Positions 1 through 12,755 of a stretch of 64,000 bases of DNA are shown here, in pieces. A program made the position numbers and the translations under genes. This stretch comes from Mobula hypostoma (Eukaryota): positions 108,874,001-108,938,000 of the forward strand of contig NC_086107.1 of assembly GCF_963921235.1 (NCBI RefSeq). Reading direction: 5' to 3'. Below the pieces are notes generated by a model. It worked only from the letters and a program-made list of their open reading frames with translations. It had not been told where the DNA came from and searched no databases. How positions within the stretch are numbered: the stretch's first letter is position 1; each line of letters starts with the position of its first letter.

Positions 1-697
1 CTGTTTCTATCCAGGAGGTCAGTGCGGACATGGTGGAGGATTACAAGTACCTGGGGATACGAATTGACAATAAACTGGACTGGTCTAATAACACTGAGGC
101 TGTCTACAAGAAGGGTCAGAGCCGTCTCTATTTCCCGAGGAGACTGAGGTCCTTTAACATCTGCCGGACGATGCTGAGGATGTTCTATGAGTCTGTGGTG
201 GCCAGTGTGATCATGTTTGCTGTTGTGTGCTGGGGCAGCAGGTTGAGGGTAGCAGACACCAACAGAATCAACAAACTCATTCGTAAGGCCAGTGATGTTG
301 TGGGGATGGAACTGGACTCTCTGACGATGGTGTCTGAAAAGAGGATGCTGTCTAAGTTGCATGCCATCTTGGACAATGTCTCCCATCCACTACATAATGT
401 ACTGGGTGGGCACAGGAGTACATTCAGCCAGAGACTCATTCCTCCGAGGTACAGCACAGAGCATCATAGGAAGTCATTCCTGCCTGTGGCCATCAAACTT
501 TACAACTCTTCCCTTGGAGGGTCAGACACCCTGAGCCGATAGGTTGGTCCTGGACTTATTTCATAATTTACTGGCATAATTTACATATTACTATTTAACT
601 ATTTATGGTTCTATTACTATTTATTATTTATGGTGCAACTGTAACGAAAACCAATTTCCCCTGGGATCAATAAAGTATGACTATGACTATTACTATA
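1..697 (+). mobile_element. Rex1/Babar-like (L2-group) LINE, 3' end of RT ORF plus 3' UTR
   Basis: ORF 30-542 (YKYLG..D.KL.W...KKGQSRLYF.RRLRSF) is a non-LTR RT C-terminus. The element ends with AATAAA and an (ATGACT)n tail. Confidence 0.85.
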
Positions 698-1614
698 TGA
701 GCAACTGGTGCAGATCAAAGGTCCTGGTTATGTGACCACTGACAGTCTCTGATAAAGGCTGGGGTCATCTGTCTCGTAAAGGCACTGCCTAGAAAGAGGC
801 AAGGGCAAACCACTTCAGTAGAAAAATTTGCCAACAACAACCATGGTCACAGAAAGACCATGATTGGCCACGTCATACGACACAGCACATAATGAACGAA
901 TGATCTTGGCATGGATGTGACGTAGCCTCTTCCTTAATAGGAGTGGGAAAAACTTGAAAGGGGCACACAATCTTCCCTGACTCAGCCCCACCTAAAACGA
1001 ACAGTCATCTAGCCAGATCTGGCATCTTCTTTGGCTGGCTTAGAAGTCTGCATTGCTCGGACTCCGAAATCTTTCAAAGAAAACAGCTCCTAGAACATGG
1101 ACAGAAATCTTAGTCGGTATGTTACTATGGCTACGATTAAAGGGCTTCCCATGGTGCCTTGATTGTTAGCATTTCTTTGAAAGAGGTTCTAAAGTAAGTG
1201 ATATAACAGCTCGCCTGTGGGGAGAGCAGTTTGCTGCCTTTTTACTGCTTTGGAACCACTTCCCAAAACTCCTCAACTTTTTTTTTAAACTTAACATGGG
1301 GTTTCAAGCAACTAGTCAAGTTCCACAGTGCTCTCAGTTTGCCTTGGAATTTTTTTTTATAGAGACACTGGATGGTAACAGGCCCTTCTGGCCCATTGAG
1401 CTCGTGCTGCCCAATTACATCATGTGATCAATTAATCTACCCCCCCCCATTGGTTCAACAGTTCCATTTAATATCAGAGAACGTACACAGCATACAACTT
1501 GAAATTCTTACTCTTCGCAGACATCCATGAAACAGAAGAACAATCCCAAAGAATGAACAACAGAAAATGTTAAAACCCCAAACCACTCCCCCGACTCCCA
1601 CTCACAAGCGGCAA

Positions 1615-1757
1615 TGCCTGCATGTTTTTGGACTGTAGGAGGAAAGTAGAGCGCTCAAAGAAACCCACGCGGTCACGGGGAGAACGTACAAACTCCTTGC
1701 AGGCAGTGGCGGGAATTGCACCGGGGTTAGCATCATGCTAACCGCTAGGCTACTTTG
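1615..1757 (-). mobile_element. HE1-like V-SINE fragment
   Basis: The reverse complement has a tRNA-like head and the V-domain-like sequence GTACGTTCTCCCCGTGACCGCGTGGGTTTC. Confidence 0.7.
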
Positions 1758-1763
1758 CCTCAC

Positions 1764-1926
1764 AAACAAGAGAAAATCTGCAGATGCTGGAAATCTGAGC
1801 AACACACACAAAATGCTGGAGGAACTCAGCAGGCCAGGCAACACCTATGGAAAAAAGTACAGTCAACATATCAGGCCGAGACCCTTCAGCAGGACCTGTA
1901 ACATTTCCTCCAGCATTTTGTGTGTG
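1764..1926 (-). mobile_element. Penelope-like terminal (pLTR) fragment with degenerate hammerhead and short inverted arm
   Basis: It has the same tail as the other PLE copies. 1903-1926 is the reverse complement of about 1803-1824. Confidence 0.7.
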
Positions 1927-2179
1927 AGGCTACTTCGCCATCCCAGTTTTATTCACCGACAGAAGAAACCTCACAGGTGGATTGAAACGGGACTTCCGGT
2001 AAGATGGTGGCGAACTTAACCGTATCAGCCTCTCCAGGTCTAACAAATGATACAAGTGTTTGTCTTAAACATTTCTCTTATGATCGTTACACCCTTTTGG
2101 ACGTTAATAAAACAAAATACAGTAGGTTCGCTTCGGTAGTTCACTAGCCAGACAGACAGCAGAGGAGCTGCGGAGTCAA

Positions 2180-3055
2180 CAGGACCCCACCACTAAGCAC
2201 ATCTTTCTATCTCCACCCCTCTCCGCTTTCCGCAGGGATTGGTCCCTCAGCGACTCCCTGGTCCACGCGTCCCTCCCCATGGATCTCCCACCTGGCACTT
2301 ATCCCTGTAAGCGCAAGTGCTACACCTGTCCCTACTCTTGCCACAATTCAGGGCCCCAAACTGTCCTTCCAGGTGAGGCAACACTTCACTTTTGAGTCTG
2401 TTGGGGTCATCTATTGCATCCGGTGCTCCCGGTGCGGCCTCCTCTACATCGGTGAAACCCGACGCAGATTGGGGGACCGCTTCGTCAAGCACCTCCGCTC
2501 CGTCCGCCAAAACAGACAGGATCTCCCAGTAGCCACCCACTTCAACTCTGCTTTCCATTCCCATTAGATATGTCCATACATGGCCTCCTCTACTGCCATG
2601 ATGAGGCTAAACTCAGTTTGGAGAAGCAACACCTCATATACCGTCTAGGTAGTCTCCAGCCCCTTGGTATGAACATAGAATTCTCCAACTTCCGGTAATT
2701 CCCTCCCCCTCCGTTCCCCTATCCCTATGTCACTCTGCCCCCTCCCCCAGCTGCCTATCACCTCCCTCATGGTTCTGCCTCCTTCTACTACCCATTGTGT
2801 TTTCCCCTATTCCTTCTTCACCTTTCCTGCCTATCCCCTCCCTGCCTCCCCTCCCCCACCCCTTTATCTTTCCCCTTACTGGTTTTTCACCTGGAACCTA
2901 CCAGCCTTCTCCTTCCCACCCTCCCCCACCTTCTTTATAGGGCCCCTGCCCCTTTCCTCTACAGTCCTGATGAAGGGTTCCGGCCCGAAACGTCGACCAA
3001 TCTTTTCCACGGATGCTGCCTGACCCGCTGAGTTCCTCCAGCGTGTTGTGAGTGT
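2180..3055 (+). mobile_element. Penelope-like element 3' fragment (GIY-YIG endonuclease, premature stop) with hammerhead-bearing tail
   Basis: The translation GVIYCIRCSRCGLLYIGETRRRLGDRF..H is a GIY-YIG domain with CxxC. It is followed by a pyrimidine-rich UTR and CTGATGA...GAAACGTC. Confidence 0.88.
2962..2997 (+). ncRNA. Minimal type-I hammerhead ribozyme motif (PLE-associated)
   Basis: CAGTC-CTGATGA-AGGGTTCCGGCCC-GAAA-CG-TC^GAC. The core is intact and stem I is reduced to 3 bp. Confidence 0.7.
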
Positions 3056-4433
3056 CGAGTTATTGCATAGAGAAGCCCCCATTCTGTGGCACCGGCTGTT
3101 ACAGCCACCCAGGGGAGGAAGTGCTGAAAGTGTTGTGAGTGAAAGCAGACACACGGCAAGTGCACTGGAATCCGTGCCAGGTTAAAAGCTAATCCCTGCA
3201 GGGCAGCTCTCCCATTGACGTTGCTCTTCACTGTTCACTCCATGGAAAACAAAATGGATTTCCTTCATCTGCAACTGACCCAGTGTGAGATGAGAAACTG
3301 CTCCATGCTCTTCCTGCAGGAACATGGCTTCAGACCAACAACCCATAAGCCACGTCAACCAGGGACTTTGGCTAATATGGTTTTGTGACTGCATGTGCTG
3401 AATCATTAACATATCAAATCAATCAAGCTTACTTATCATTCAAACCTACATAGAAACAGCTGAATGAGACAGCGTTCCCCTGGGGCCAAGGTGCAAAGCA
3501 TTCAAAATAGCAAGCAAATATTCAAAAATAGCGAGTAACATACAAAATAGTGAATAACCTAATTCAAAGTAGCGAGCAAAAAAGCAAATTCACTTGAAAA
3601 AAGACACATAAATACAGCTCAAGAGAATGTGCGGCAATCAAAGTCTCCCGGCAGTGCACAGATGCGCCCAATCCAGCCTATCATTCCACCGTCCGAACAC
3701 AAGAGAACAGCACAGACGAGGGAGGCCAGGCTCCAGACCAGCGCGGATGCCACGCTATAACGCTTCCGCGTCTTCTCACCTGGTCTGCAGTAGCAGGCAA
3801 GCTCGAGGCATGAGGCCTCGAAACAACCGAGGCTACAAAGTTCCACAGCTAAATGTGCAGCGTGTGATTATACGTACATGTAATTTTGCAGCTCAGCCCA
3901 GAGGAATGATGTTTCATTTGGCCATATACATGTGTAAGGCTGAAAGATAATATTTGTACTATCTGCCTTCTTTTGCACTTTGGTTGTTTGTCAGTCTTTG
4001 TGTATAGATTTTCTTAAATTCTATTGTATTTCTTTATTTTTCTGTAAACGCTTTCAAGAATAAAGAACCTTAAGGTAGTATATGGTGACATATATGAAAT
4101 TTGATAATGAATTGACTTTGACATATCAATTCTTGCAAACACACATGCATGGGGTCTTACACAGAAATACTCACTCAAGCACATACTTAACATGCATATA
4201 GACACACACACGTTCGTTCACGTGCAGAGATGTGCACACATGTGTAATCCCAGGTTCACATTTTTACTGTTATGCTGTATGTATTTCATTTTCGCAGCTC
4301 TGTAAGAGCAGTCTGTTCTGTTTTCAGCTTGTTTGGGTTACTGTTGAAGATAAGAGATGAGGAGAAATGTGTGCCATCCATTAGGATGGTTGAATTGAGG
4401 GGAGGTTTCTCTGGTGAGGGACACTAAGGTTGG

Positions 4434-5257
4434 TTAATATAATCTCCCACCCGGCACTTATCCCTGTAAGCGCAAGTGCTACACCTGACCCTACACCTCC
4501 TCCCTTGCCACCATTCAGAGCCCCAAACAGTCCTTCCAAGTGAGGCAACACTTCACTTGTGAGTCTGTTGGGGTCATCTATTGCATCCGGTGCTCCCGGT
4601 GTGTCCTCCTCTACATCGGTGAAACCCGACGCAGATTGGGGTACTGCTTCGTTGAGCACCTCCACTCCGTCCGCCAAAACAGACAGGATCTCCCAGTAGC
4701 CACCCACTTCAACTCTGCTTCCCACTCCCATTCAGATATGTCCATACATGGCCTCCTCTACTGCCATGATGAGGCTAAGCTCAGGTTGGAGGAGCAACAC
4801 CTCATATACCGTCTGGGTAGTCTCCAGCCCCTTGGTATGAACATAGAATTCTCCAACTTCTGGTAATTCCCTCCCCCTCCCTTCCTCTATCCCTATGTCA
4901 CTCTGCCCCCTCCCCCAGCTGCCTATCACCTCCCTCATGGTTCCGCCTCCTTCTACTACCCATTGTGTTTTCCCCTATTCCTTCTTCACCTTTCCTGCCT
5001 ATCACCTCCCTGCTTCCTCTCCCCCACCCCTTTATCTTTCCCCTTACTGGTTTCTCACCTGGAACCTACCAGCCTTCTCCTTCCCACCCTCCCCCCACCT
5101 TCTTTATAGGGCCTCTGCCCCTTCCCTCTACAGTCCTGACAAAGGGTTCTGGCCTGAAACGTCGACTGATGGTTTCCACGGATGCTGCCCGACCTGCTGA
5201 GTTCCTCCAGCGTGTTGTGAGTGTTGCTTTGACCCCAGCATCTGCAGAGTATTTTGT
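4434..5257 (+). mobile_element. Penelope-like element 3' fragment (GIY-YIG ORF 4540-4866) with TSD
   Basis: It is nearly identical to the 2180-3055 copy. It is flanked by GACACTAAGGTTGG (4420-4433) and GACGCTAAGGTTGG (5258-5271). The hammerhead core is mutated (CTGACAA). Confidence 0.88.
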
Positions 5258-5844
5258 GACGCTAAGGTTGGGCTTGGCGCTTTTGTTTTGAGAGGAGATG
5301 AAGAGAGAAGACGCTGGGGAGAACCGGTCGTAGCAAATGATCTGGTGGGAGACCTGTTTGTTCTAGTTGGATTGCTAGAAACGTTCAGAAGGTGGTGTGT
5401 GTTTTCACGTTGACCGAGGGCCCAGCGCGTGAGTGATAAGGAAGTTCACGATGAGCTCCAACTTGTGCACATTTGACTGTTTAATTAGAATGGGCCCTTT
5501 TCTTTTTGTTATTCTCTACCTTTAGTTAAAATTCATAAATATAATTCCTATAATCGTATGCAGTGTACTGTGTCTGTTATTTCGCAGCAGTAATTTGTAA
5601 CAGGGTGGCAAATTATACAGCAGCCACACGAGCTGGGGTTTGGGGTGGGATTGAGCTGTCTCTATCTCATGAGGTTGGGGGGACTTGAGTGTGCCCTCCC
5701 TAGATTTACGCAGGCAAGGAAACCAGGGTGTTTCACATGCATGCACAAATCTTAAAAATTTACAGGTACTTGAAGGCACACACACACTGGCTTGCCACCA
5801 AAGTAGCAGAGATCACCCATATCTACACACAAACAGGCATAACT

Positions 5845-6070
5845 ACACTTTGTGGCCACTCTATTAGGCCTCTTAGTTAATACAAACATTTAATCAGCTA
5901 ATCATGTGGCAGCGACGCAATGCTGAAAAGCATGTAGACATGACCAAGAGGTTCAGTTGTTGTTTGGACTAAACATCAAAATGGGGAAGAAATGTGATCT
6001 AAGTGACTTTGACTGTAGAATGGTTGTTGGTGCCAGATGGGGTGGTCTGAGTATCTCAGAAACTGCTCAA
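5845..6070 (+). mobile_element. Tc1/mariner-like non-autonomous fragment
   Basis: GTGGCCACT(C)TATTAGG TIR-like start and an ATGGGGAAGAAATGTGATCTAAGTGACTTT transposase 5' remnant, as in the 35642 copy. Confidence 0.65.
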
Positions 6071-6170
6071 GTCTTAGGCACTCCAGCTATATATATATGC
6101 TCCTGATCACCTGATCTTTTTATACAGTGCTGTATGTACAGGTATGATTTCATGGAAATGTGGACACAAT

Positions 6171-6171
<1 letters not shown>

Positions 6172-6200
<29 letters not shown>
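6172..6200. repeat. (CA)n microsatellite
   Basis: Directly visible. Confidence 0.95.
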
Positions 6201-6204
<4 letters not shown>

Positions 6205-7072
6205 CAAACATGTTACTCCATCAGCTCCTTGTGGAATATACCAATTAAATAGTAAGCAAGGCTCATTAAATTAATGTGGCTCCAACCTAACCTTCCACCT
6301 CCTGGACACCACACACTGTTCAATTATGGGAGGCTGCACGTAAGATTCCTTGCCCACATTGGAATCTCCCCCTCAGACCACACCAACAGGAAGAATGGAT
6401 CCAAGGGAAATCAGACAGGAGTTGGGACCTCTCTTGGTCTGTGCACCGAGGTAACTTTCAGAGTGACGTGCAGGGCAGCCCCAGGCAGATTCATCACACC
6501 CCAACGTCTTGCTAGCAAGTGAGGAAACACAGCTGTAGGATGATATTCAGCATGGCGACAGTTCCACTAAGTAATGATGGATGCCAATGCGGACAGCATT
6601 ATTGCCATGACTGCTTGCCAAAGAAATGACGAAAAGAGATTTTATTCAGAAACACCATTCCTCCTGACAACAGAGCACTGTGTCTGAACACACTGCTCGA
6701 GACGAGCACACACTCTCTCTCACGCAATAGACAACATTCTTACCCACTGGATGAGAACAAGGTGCAGTCAGACACAGGCGCACACCTCCAAACACATGGC
6801 TGTGTGGATTGTGCACGTTCCCCTGCCAACCGCTTGATTTGCTTCTGGCTGTTTCACTTTCTGCATGAATCCCAAAGGCATGCAGGTTGTTAGCTCGGCG
6901 CGGGGTGGGAGCTGTCGGGTTGAGGGTGGGATGTTTATGACTATTTGTGAGAGAGCATAGGTGACGGGGAAAATAGTGGGAGAATTGGATTTTTCCGAGA
7001 GCAAAAACAAATATTTGAAGAAAATCCAGGTCAATGCCTCAGTGGAATATTGAGAAAGCACTGAACTATTGG

Positions 7073-7439
7073 CAGTACTGAGGGAGTGTCTCACTGTCAG
7101 AGAGACAGTACTGAGGGAGTGTCACACTGTCAGAGAGACAGTACTGAGGGAGTGTCACACTGTCAGAGAGACAGTACTGAGGGAGTGTCTCACTGTCAGA
7201 GGGAGGGTACCGAGGGAGTGTCACACTGTCAGAGGGACAGTACTGAGGGAGTGTCTCACTGTCAGAAGGACGGTACTGAGGGAGTGCCTCACTGTCAGAG
7301 GGACAGTACTGAGGGAGGGTCTCACTGTCAGAGGGACAGTACTGAGGGAGTATCACACTGTCAGAGGGACAGTACTGAGGGAGTGTCTCACTGTCAGAGG
7401 GACGGTACTGAGGGAGTGCCTCACTGTCAGAGGGACAGT
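7073..7439. repeat. 33-bp minisatellite, about 11 units
   Basis: The unit CAGTACTGAGGGAGTGTCTCACTGTCAGAGGGA starts at 7073, 7106, 7139 and so on. The 11-aa periodic ORFs are a by-product. Confidence 0.95.
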
Positions 7440-7979
7440 TATTTTTCCAGTGTCTAAATATCTAACACTAGAGGGTGTGTATTTAAGGTGAGAGCAGATA
7501 AGGGAGATGTGCAGGGCAAGATTTTACCTACACAGGGAATAGTGAGTCCCAGAATGAACTGCTAGGGTCGGTAGTGATGGTGGAGAGGTTGGAGACATTT
7601 CAGAGGCTATTAGGCAGGTGAATATGAGAGAATAGTGGGATTTGGATATTGTGTAGATAGAAGGGATGTTTAGTTACTACTAATCTAGTTTGTCACAACG
7701 CCATGCACAGAAGGGTGCGTTCCTGTGCTGTACTGTTCTATGTTCCACTTCAGTGTTACTTCATCAACTTGGTGGAGCTTTGAGGACTCCTGGGATGAGG
7801 AAAATGATGACAGAAATTCAAAGATCACACCACCGTCACTTTTAATTCAAAGGTTCCAATCGTTTCATCCCAGCAAGTTTTGCGAACCCGATTGCGTGAT
7901 TTACCGCTCTTCCACAGGCCAACAAACTTCCTTCTAGATCATTGAGTCAATGCGCACAAATCATCCGAGAATCCCTCAT

Positions 7980-8442
7980 AAACACACGAGATCCTGCAGA
8001 TGCTGGAAATCCAGAGCAACACACGCAAAATGCTGGAGGAACTTAGCAGGCCAGGCAGCATGCATGGAAATAAATAAACAGTCGACGTTTCGGGCCGAGA
8101 CCCTTCATCAGGACAGGGAAGGAAGGGGGAAAGATGCCAGAATAAGGGGAAGAAGTACAAGCTAGAAGGTGATAGGTGAAGCCAGGTGGGGGGGAAAGGT
8201 CAAGGGCTGGAGAAGAAGGAATCTGATATGGGGAGGAAAGTAGACCACAGGAGAAAGGGAAGAAGAAGAAATGCCGGGGGAGGTGAAGAGAAGAGGTAAA
8301 AGGCCAGAGTGGGTAATAGAAGAAGAGGAAAGGGGCAGAAAAAGAAATACCAAAAGAAATCGATGTTCATGCCATCAGGTTGGAGGCTACCTAGACAGAA
8401 TATGAGTTGTTGCTCCTTCACCCTGAGGGTGGCCTCGTCATG
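7980..8442 (-). mobile_element. Penelope-like element 3' fragment
   Basis: It carries an EQQLIFCLGSLQPDGMNIDF remnant plus the tail and hammerhead. Confidence 0.8.
8079..8116 (-). ncRNA. Minimal hammerhead ribozyme motif
   Basis: Minus strand CTGTC-CTGATGA-AGGGTCTCGGCCC-GAAA-CG-TC^GACTG. The core is intact, with one stem I mismatch. Confidence 0.72.
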
Positions 8443-8909
8443 AATTCTTTATGCTTTGTTTACCGGCTTTGAAATGGTTTGGACCCCAGGATCTGTCAGT
8501 ACATAGCTAACTGGCACAAAGGCAGCCTGGCAACGTCTCCCAATGGATGGCTGGGATCCAATAATGGGATTTGGGAAGGATTAGACTGCAGCACAGCATG
8601 CAAGACCAAGGACTAAGCTCAGATTTCACTGCCGAAATGTTACCAACTCTCTGCTTCTTTCATAAAGACCTTACCCTGCCTTTTCGAAGCTCTCTGACAA
8701 TATTCTTGCTTTGGAAATGCTCGATTTCCGACCGACTCCTGGGAATCTCTGATTACAGCTGCCTGGAGTGGAAATGAAGTGTTTGGGGTGGTACTGAGAG
8801 CGTCAAGTCTATATATTGGGGATACACAGAGGTCTAATGTGAACAGAGGAAGAAAGAAAACACCTGAGCAGGTGCCTAGCTTTTGCCACCATTGAGCCCT
8901 GTCACAAAA

Positions 8910-9310
8910 AAGCAACTTCCATCTTCAAGGACCCCCACCATCCAGGCCATGCTCTCTTCTCACTGCTATCATCAAGAAGGAGATACAGGAGCCTTACATC
9001 TCACACCACCAAGTTCAGGAACAGTTATTACCCTTCAACCATCAGGCTCCTGAACCAGTGTGTTTAACTTCACTCACCTCAACTCTGAACTGATTCCACA
9101 ACCAATGGATTCACTTTCAAGGGCTCTACAACTCACGTTCTCAGCACTCTTTGTTTACTTAGTTATTTTTCTATTTACATATCTTGCCTTATTTTGCACA
9201 TTGGTTGTTTGTCAGTCTTTGTGTGTAGTTTTTGTTTCATTGATTCTATTGTATCTCTTTGTATCCACTGTGAATGCCTGCAAGAAAATGAACTTCAGGG
9301 TAGTATATGG
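8910..9310 (+). mobile_element. Rex1/L2-like LINE 3' fragment
   Basis: Shared 3' module (CACCACCAxGTTCAGGAACAGTTATTACCC...AAGAAAATGAAT), also seen at about 11090, 16220, 26040 and 47440. Confidence 0.65.
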
Positions 9311-9316
9311 TGATAC

Positions 9317-9945
9317 AGTAGCATAGTGGTTAGCATAATGCTTTACAGTACCAGCAACCCAGGTTAATTCCTGCCGTTCCCTGTAAGAAGTTTGTACGTC
9401 CTCCCCATGAGCGTGTAGGTTTCCTCCGGGCGCTCTGGTTTCCTCCCACAGTCCAAAGACGTTCCGGTTAGTAGGTGTGGCTCAAAGGGCCAGAAGGGCC
9501 TATTCCACACTGTACCTTAATAACTAAATAAGTAAATAAATAGTTTTTTAAAAAAATATGCACAGTCTGTCTTTCTCATTGGCTGTTTGTCAGTCTTAAG
9601 TGTAGCTTTTCATATATTCTACAGTATTTCTTTGTTCTACCATGAATGCCTGGCAGACAATGAATCTCAGGGTCGTACTACACTCAATTTACAGTGCCAG
9701 TGACCTGAGTTCAATTCCAAATGCTGCCTGTAAAGAGTTTGTACGATCTCCCTATGACTGCGTGGGTTTCCTCCGGGTGCTCCAGTTTCCTCCCACAGTC
9801 CAAAGACATACTGGTTGGTAGGTTAATTGGTCATTGTAAATTGTCCTAGGATTAGGCTGGGACTAAATCGGGGGATTGCTGGATGGCGGGACTCGGAAAA
9901 CCAGAAGGGTCTATTCCGCACTGTATCGCCATAAATATTAAATAA
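9317..9945 (+). mobile_element. Two HE1-like V-SINE copies (about 9317-9540 and 9685-9945)
   Basis: tRNA-like head (TAGTGGTTAGCA...GGTTCAATTCC) and V-domain GGTTTCCTCCGGGxGCTCxGGTTTCCTCCCACAGTCCAAAGAC. Confidence 0.75.
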
Positions 9946-11089
9946 ATAAACATACTTTGATAGTAAATTTACTTTGAACTTTAACCACCCAGTCAGCTAC
10001 CAACAGCCCATTCTGTTTAAGAGTCTGCAGATCACACACTGGCCTCAAAAGCTTCCTCAGAACTCACAAAACCAGAGCAGAAGTAAGTTACTTTCTGTCC
10101 CACACAAGAAGAAGGAAGCACTTCTGTCACATTAGAACTGACGTTCGTAAACATACACCACCTTTTCTCTCCCTTCGCAAGGTGGCTTTCACAGATTACA
10201 AACAGGCCCATCACCTCTTCCCACCTTCCTGCTTCAAGTCACAAGTTACTCCCTGATTTCTCCAGGATAGGCTGCTTTCACTGCGCTTCCCTGCCTCTCA
10301 TGAATATTTGCCAGGCGTGAGCCCAAACCTATGCATATTAATCAGGAAGCTAATGAATATTAACGAAGACACAACAAAAAGTATTAAAATGAACAGCGTC
10401 ACATTAGTGTTTGATTGGTGTTCGTGCAGCACAGCCAACCTGCTTGGGCATCATTCACAGCGAGGAGAATTGTATCGAGCAAGCGAGCTCACCTCTAACT
10501 AAATACTCAGATGGAAATTGTCTAGTCATAAAGTAGAGATTGCTAAGTGTTATTTAGATGGAACACAATTTTGTTTTAATCTTTCAAAGTCTTGTTTCTT
10601 TACGTATCTTGGTACTCTTGCATTGCGCCATTAAGATTAATTCGCCATTGCATATGGTCCTTTGTATTGGTAAAAGGGGGCAGTTGATGACACGTGAGGT
10701 TACAGCAAAATAAATGAGATGCAATAGATGGTTTTGCTCTGAGAGCTAGCATAGTCTCAATGGACCAAATAGCCTCATTTTACGTCTTTGAGAAAAACGA
10801 GTTATTGAAGCCATTCACTTGTCTGTTTGAAGAAGCCTTGTCATTGGCCTACACAAACACCAATTAAAAGGTTACTGTGGCACTGTTTCTTGGTCCGTCA
10901 AAGAATAGGGTTTATTTTATAGACTTTAAGGAGGTTTTAGTGAAGGGTCAAAGGTTGCAGGAAGAGAAGGCAGGGGAATGGAGTTGAGAGGGATAATGGG
11001 TCAGAGCAGACCCGATGGGCCGAATAGCCTAATTCTGCTCCTACGTCTTTTGGTCTCTTCTGGCCAAGCCCATCATGGTGGGAAAATGC

Positions 11090-11645
11090 CACAAAAAAGT
11101 AGGGGATACGAGCCAGTCCACCGAGGGTAAAGCCCTCCCCACCATTGAGCACATCTACACAGAGCATCATCGCGGGAGAGCAGCATCCATCATCGAGGGC
11201 CCCCACCACTCGGGTAATGCTCCCTTCTCGCTGCTGCCATCCGGAAGGTGCAGCAGATTCAGGCTTTCCACCACCAGGTTCAGGAACAGTTATGGGCCCT
11301 CATCCATCAGGCTCCTGAACCAGAAGGGATAACATCACTCGACTTCACTTGCTCCATCATTGAAATGTTCCTACAACCTACGCACTCACTTTCAAGGACT
11401 CTTCATCTCACGTCTTCAATATTTACTGCTTATTTATTTATTTATTATTATTTTCTTTTTGTATTTGCACAGTTTGTTTTCTTTTGCATGCTGGTTGAAC
11501 ACAAAGCTGGTGTGATCTTCCATTGATTCTATTATGGTTATTATTCTATTACGGATTTATTGAGTATGCCTGCAAGAAAATGAATCCCAGTGTTACATAT
11601 GGTGACATATACGTACTTTGATAATAAATTTACTTTGAACTTTGA
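11090..11645 (+). mobile_element. Rex1/L2-like LINE 3' fragment
   Basis: LPTIEHIY...AASII..PHH.G...FSLLPSGR remnant, ending AATAAATTTACTTTGAACTTTGA. Confidence 0.7.
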
Positions 11646-12077
11646 TTAAAAGGTCCTTAAGTGGGGTGGAGTGCTGGGTTATCTGAGAAGGTGGCCAAGA
11701 GACGTTCATGTTCCGATGGGCCAAGACCCAACTCTGTCGAGATATAACGGATGTGGGTCCAGACCCATTGGACCATGCATATATCAGATGGCCCAACCTT
11801 CCACTTCAATGAATGCCCTTTGCCAAAGGCCACTGGTGAAGCAGGAGCATTTTTGAGAAATTCCTCTTTGCGGTCAGTAAGACACATACATTTGCTCCGC
11901 ACCATACCCCAGAGCCCAAAGGCAAAGAGAATGGTTGCATTGTGCTCAAACCTGCCAGGCAGTGGTTTTATCTCAGAGGTTCACTGCCTAGAAACAACGT
12001 AATCCTAACCTGCATGAAGTGTGAAGGTAACTTGCTTCTCAAAATAACTAATTCATCTGTCATGAAAAAATATATTA

Positions 12078-12382
12078 AGGCATCCGTTAGTCTTGCGAGA
12101 CCCTGGATCTGCGCCTGGAAAGTCTTCACTCTCCAGGGCGCAGGCCTGGGCAAGGTTGTATGGAAGACCAGCAGTTGCACATGCTGCAAGTCTCCCCTCC
12201 CCATAACACCGATGTTGTCCAAGGGAAGGGCATTAACACCCATACAGCTTGGCACCAGTGTCGTCGCAGAGCAATGTGTGATTAAGTGGCTTGCTCAAGG
12301 ACACAACACATGTTGCCTCGGCTGGGGCTCGAACTCACGACCTTCAGGTCACTAGTCCAATGCCTTAATCACTTGGCCACAT
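12078..12382 (-). mobile_element. tRNA-headed SINE with RTE-derived tail (copy 1)
   Basis: Reverse complement of the roughly 300-bp family at 17588, 20571 and 58646. Confidence 0.85.
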
Positions 12383-12755
12383 GCATATAATAAATGTGTA
12401 GAAGGGCATATAATTGGGAAATTAATTTCAATTCAAACCTGTGAGAGTTGATGGCAGGAGGACACAGACCACAAGCATCTCAGAAAATGAGTTAAGTACA
12501 TGTAGAGGAGCAGGGGGAACCAGCGACACAATACAGTACCCACTCAAAATAGCAACACAGGTCAAAAAGGTGATCGGACAGATTGAAGTTCTCTACCGCT
12601 GAATGCTGTGGAAGCTAATTCAAAGTGGGGATCAATAGATTTCTGGATACTACAGGAGTCAAGACTTATGGAGATCTGCGGGATAATAGGACGAAGGATA
12701 GGAAGATGACAAAGGGTAGGGAAGCTAGTTCTGCTCTTAATTATTATGTTATAGG

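Noticed and set aside
4243..5737. Possible solo LTR (TG...CA) hosting the Penelope copy
   Set aside because: There is no matching TSD or convincing terminal inverted repeat and no second copy in the window, so it is left unclassified.
7066..7491. Repetitive ORFs (TVLRECLTVRG / PQYCPSDSETL) as a protein, or the array as a CRISPR
   Set aside because: They arise from a 33-bp tandem unit. There are no unique spacers and the context is eukaryotic.
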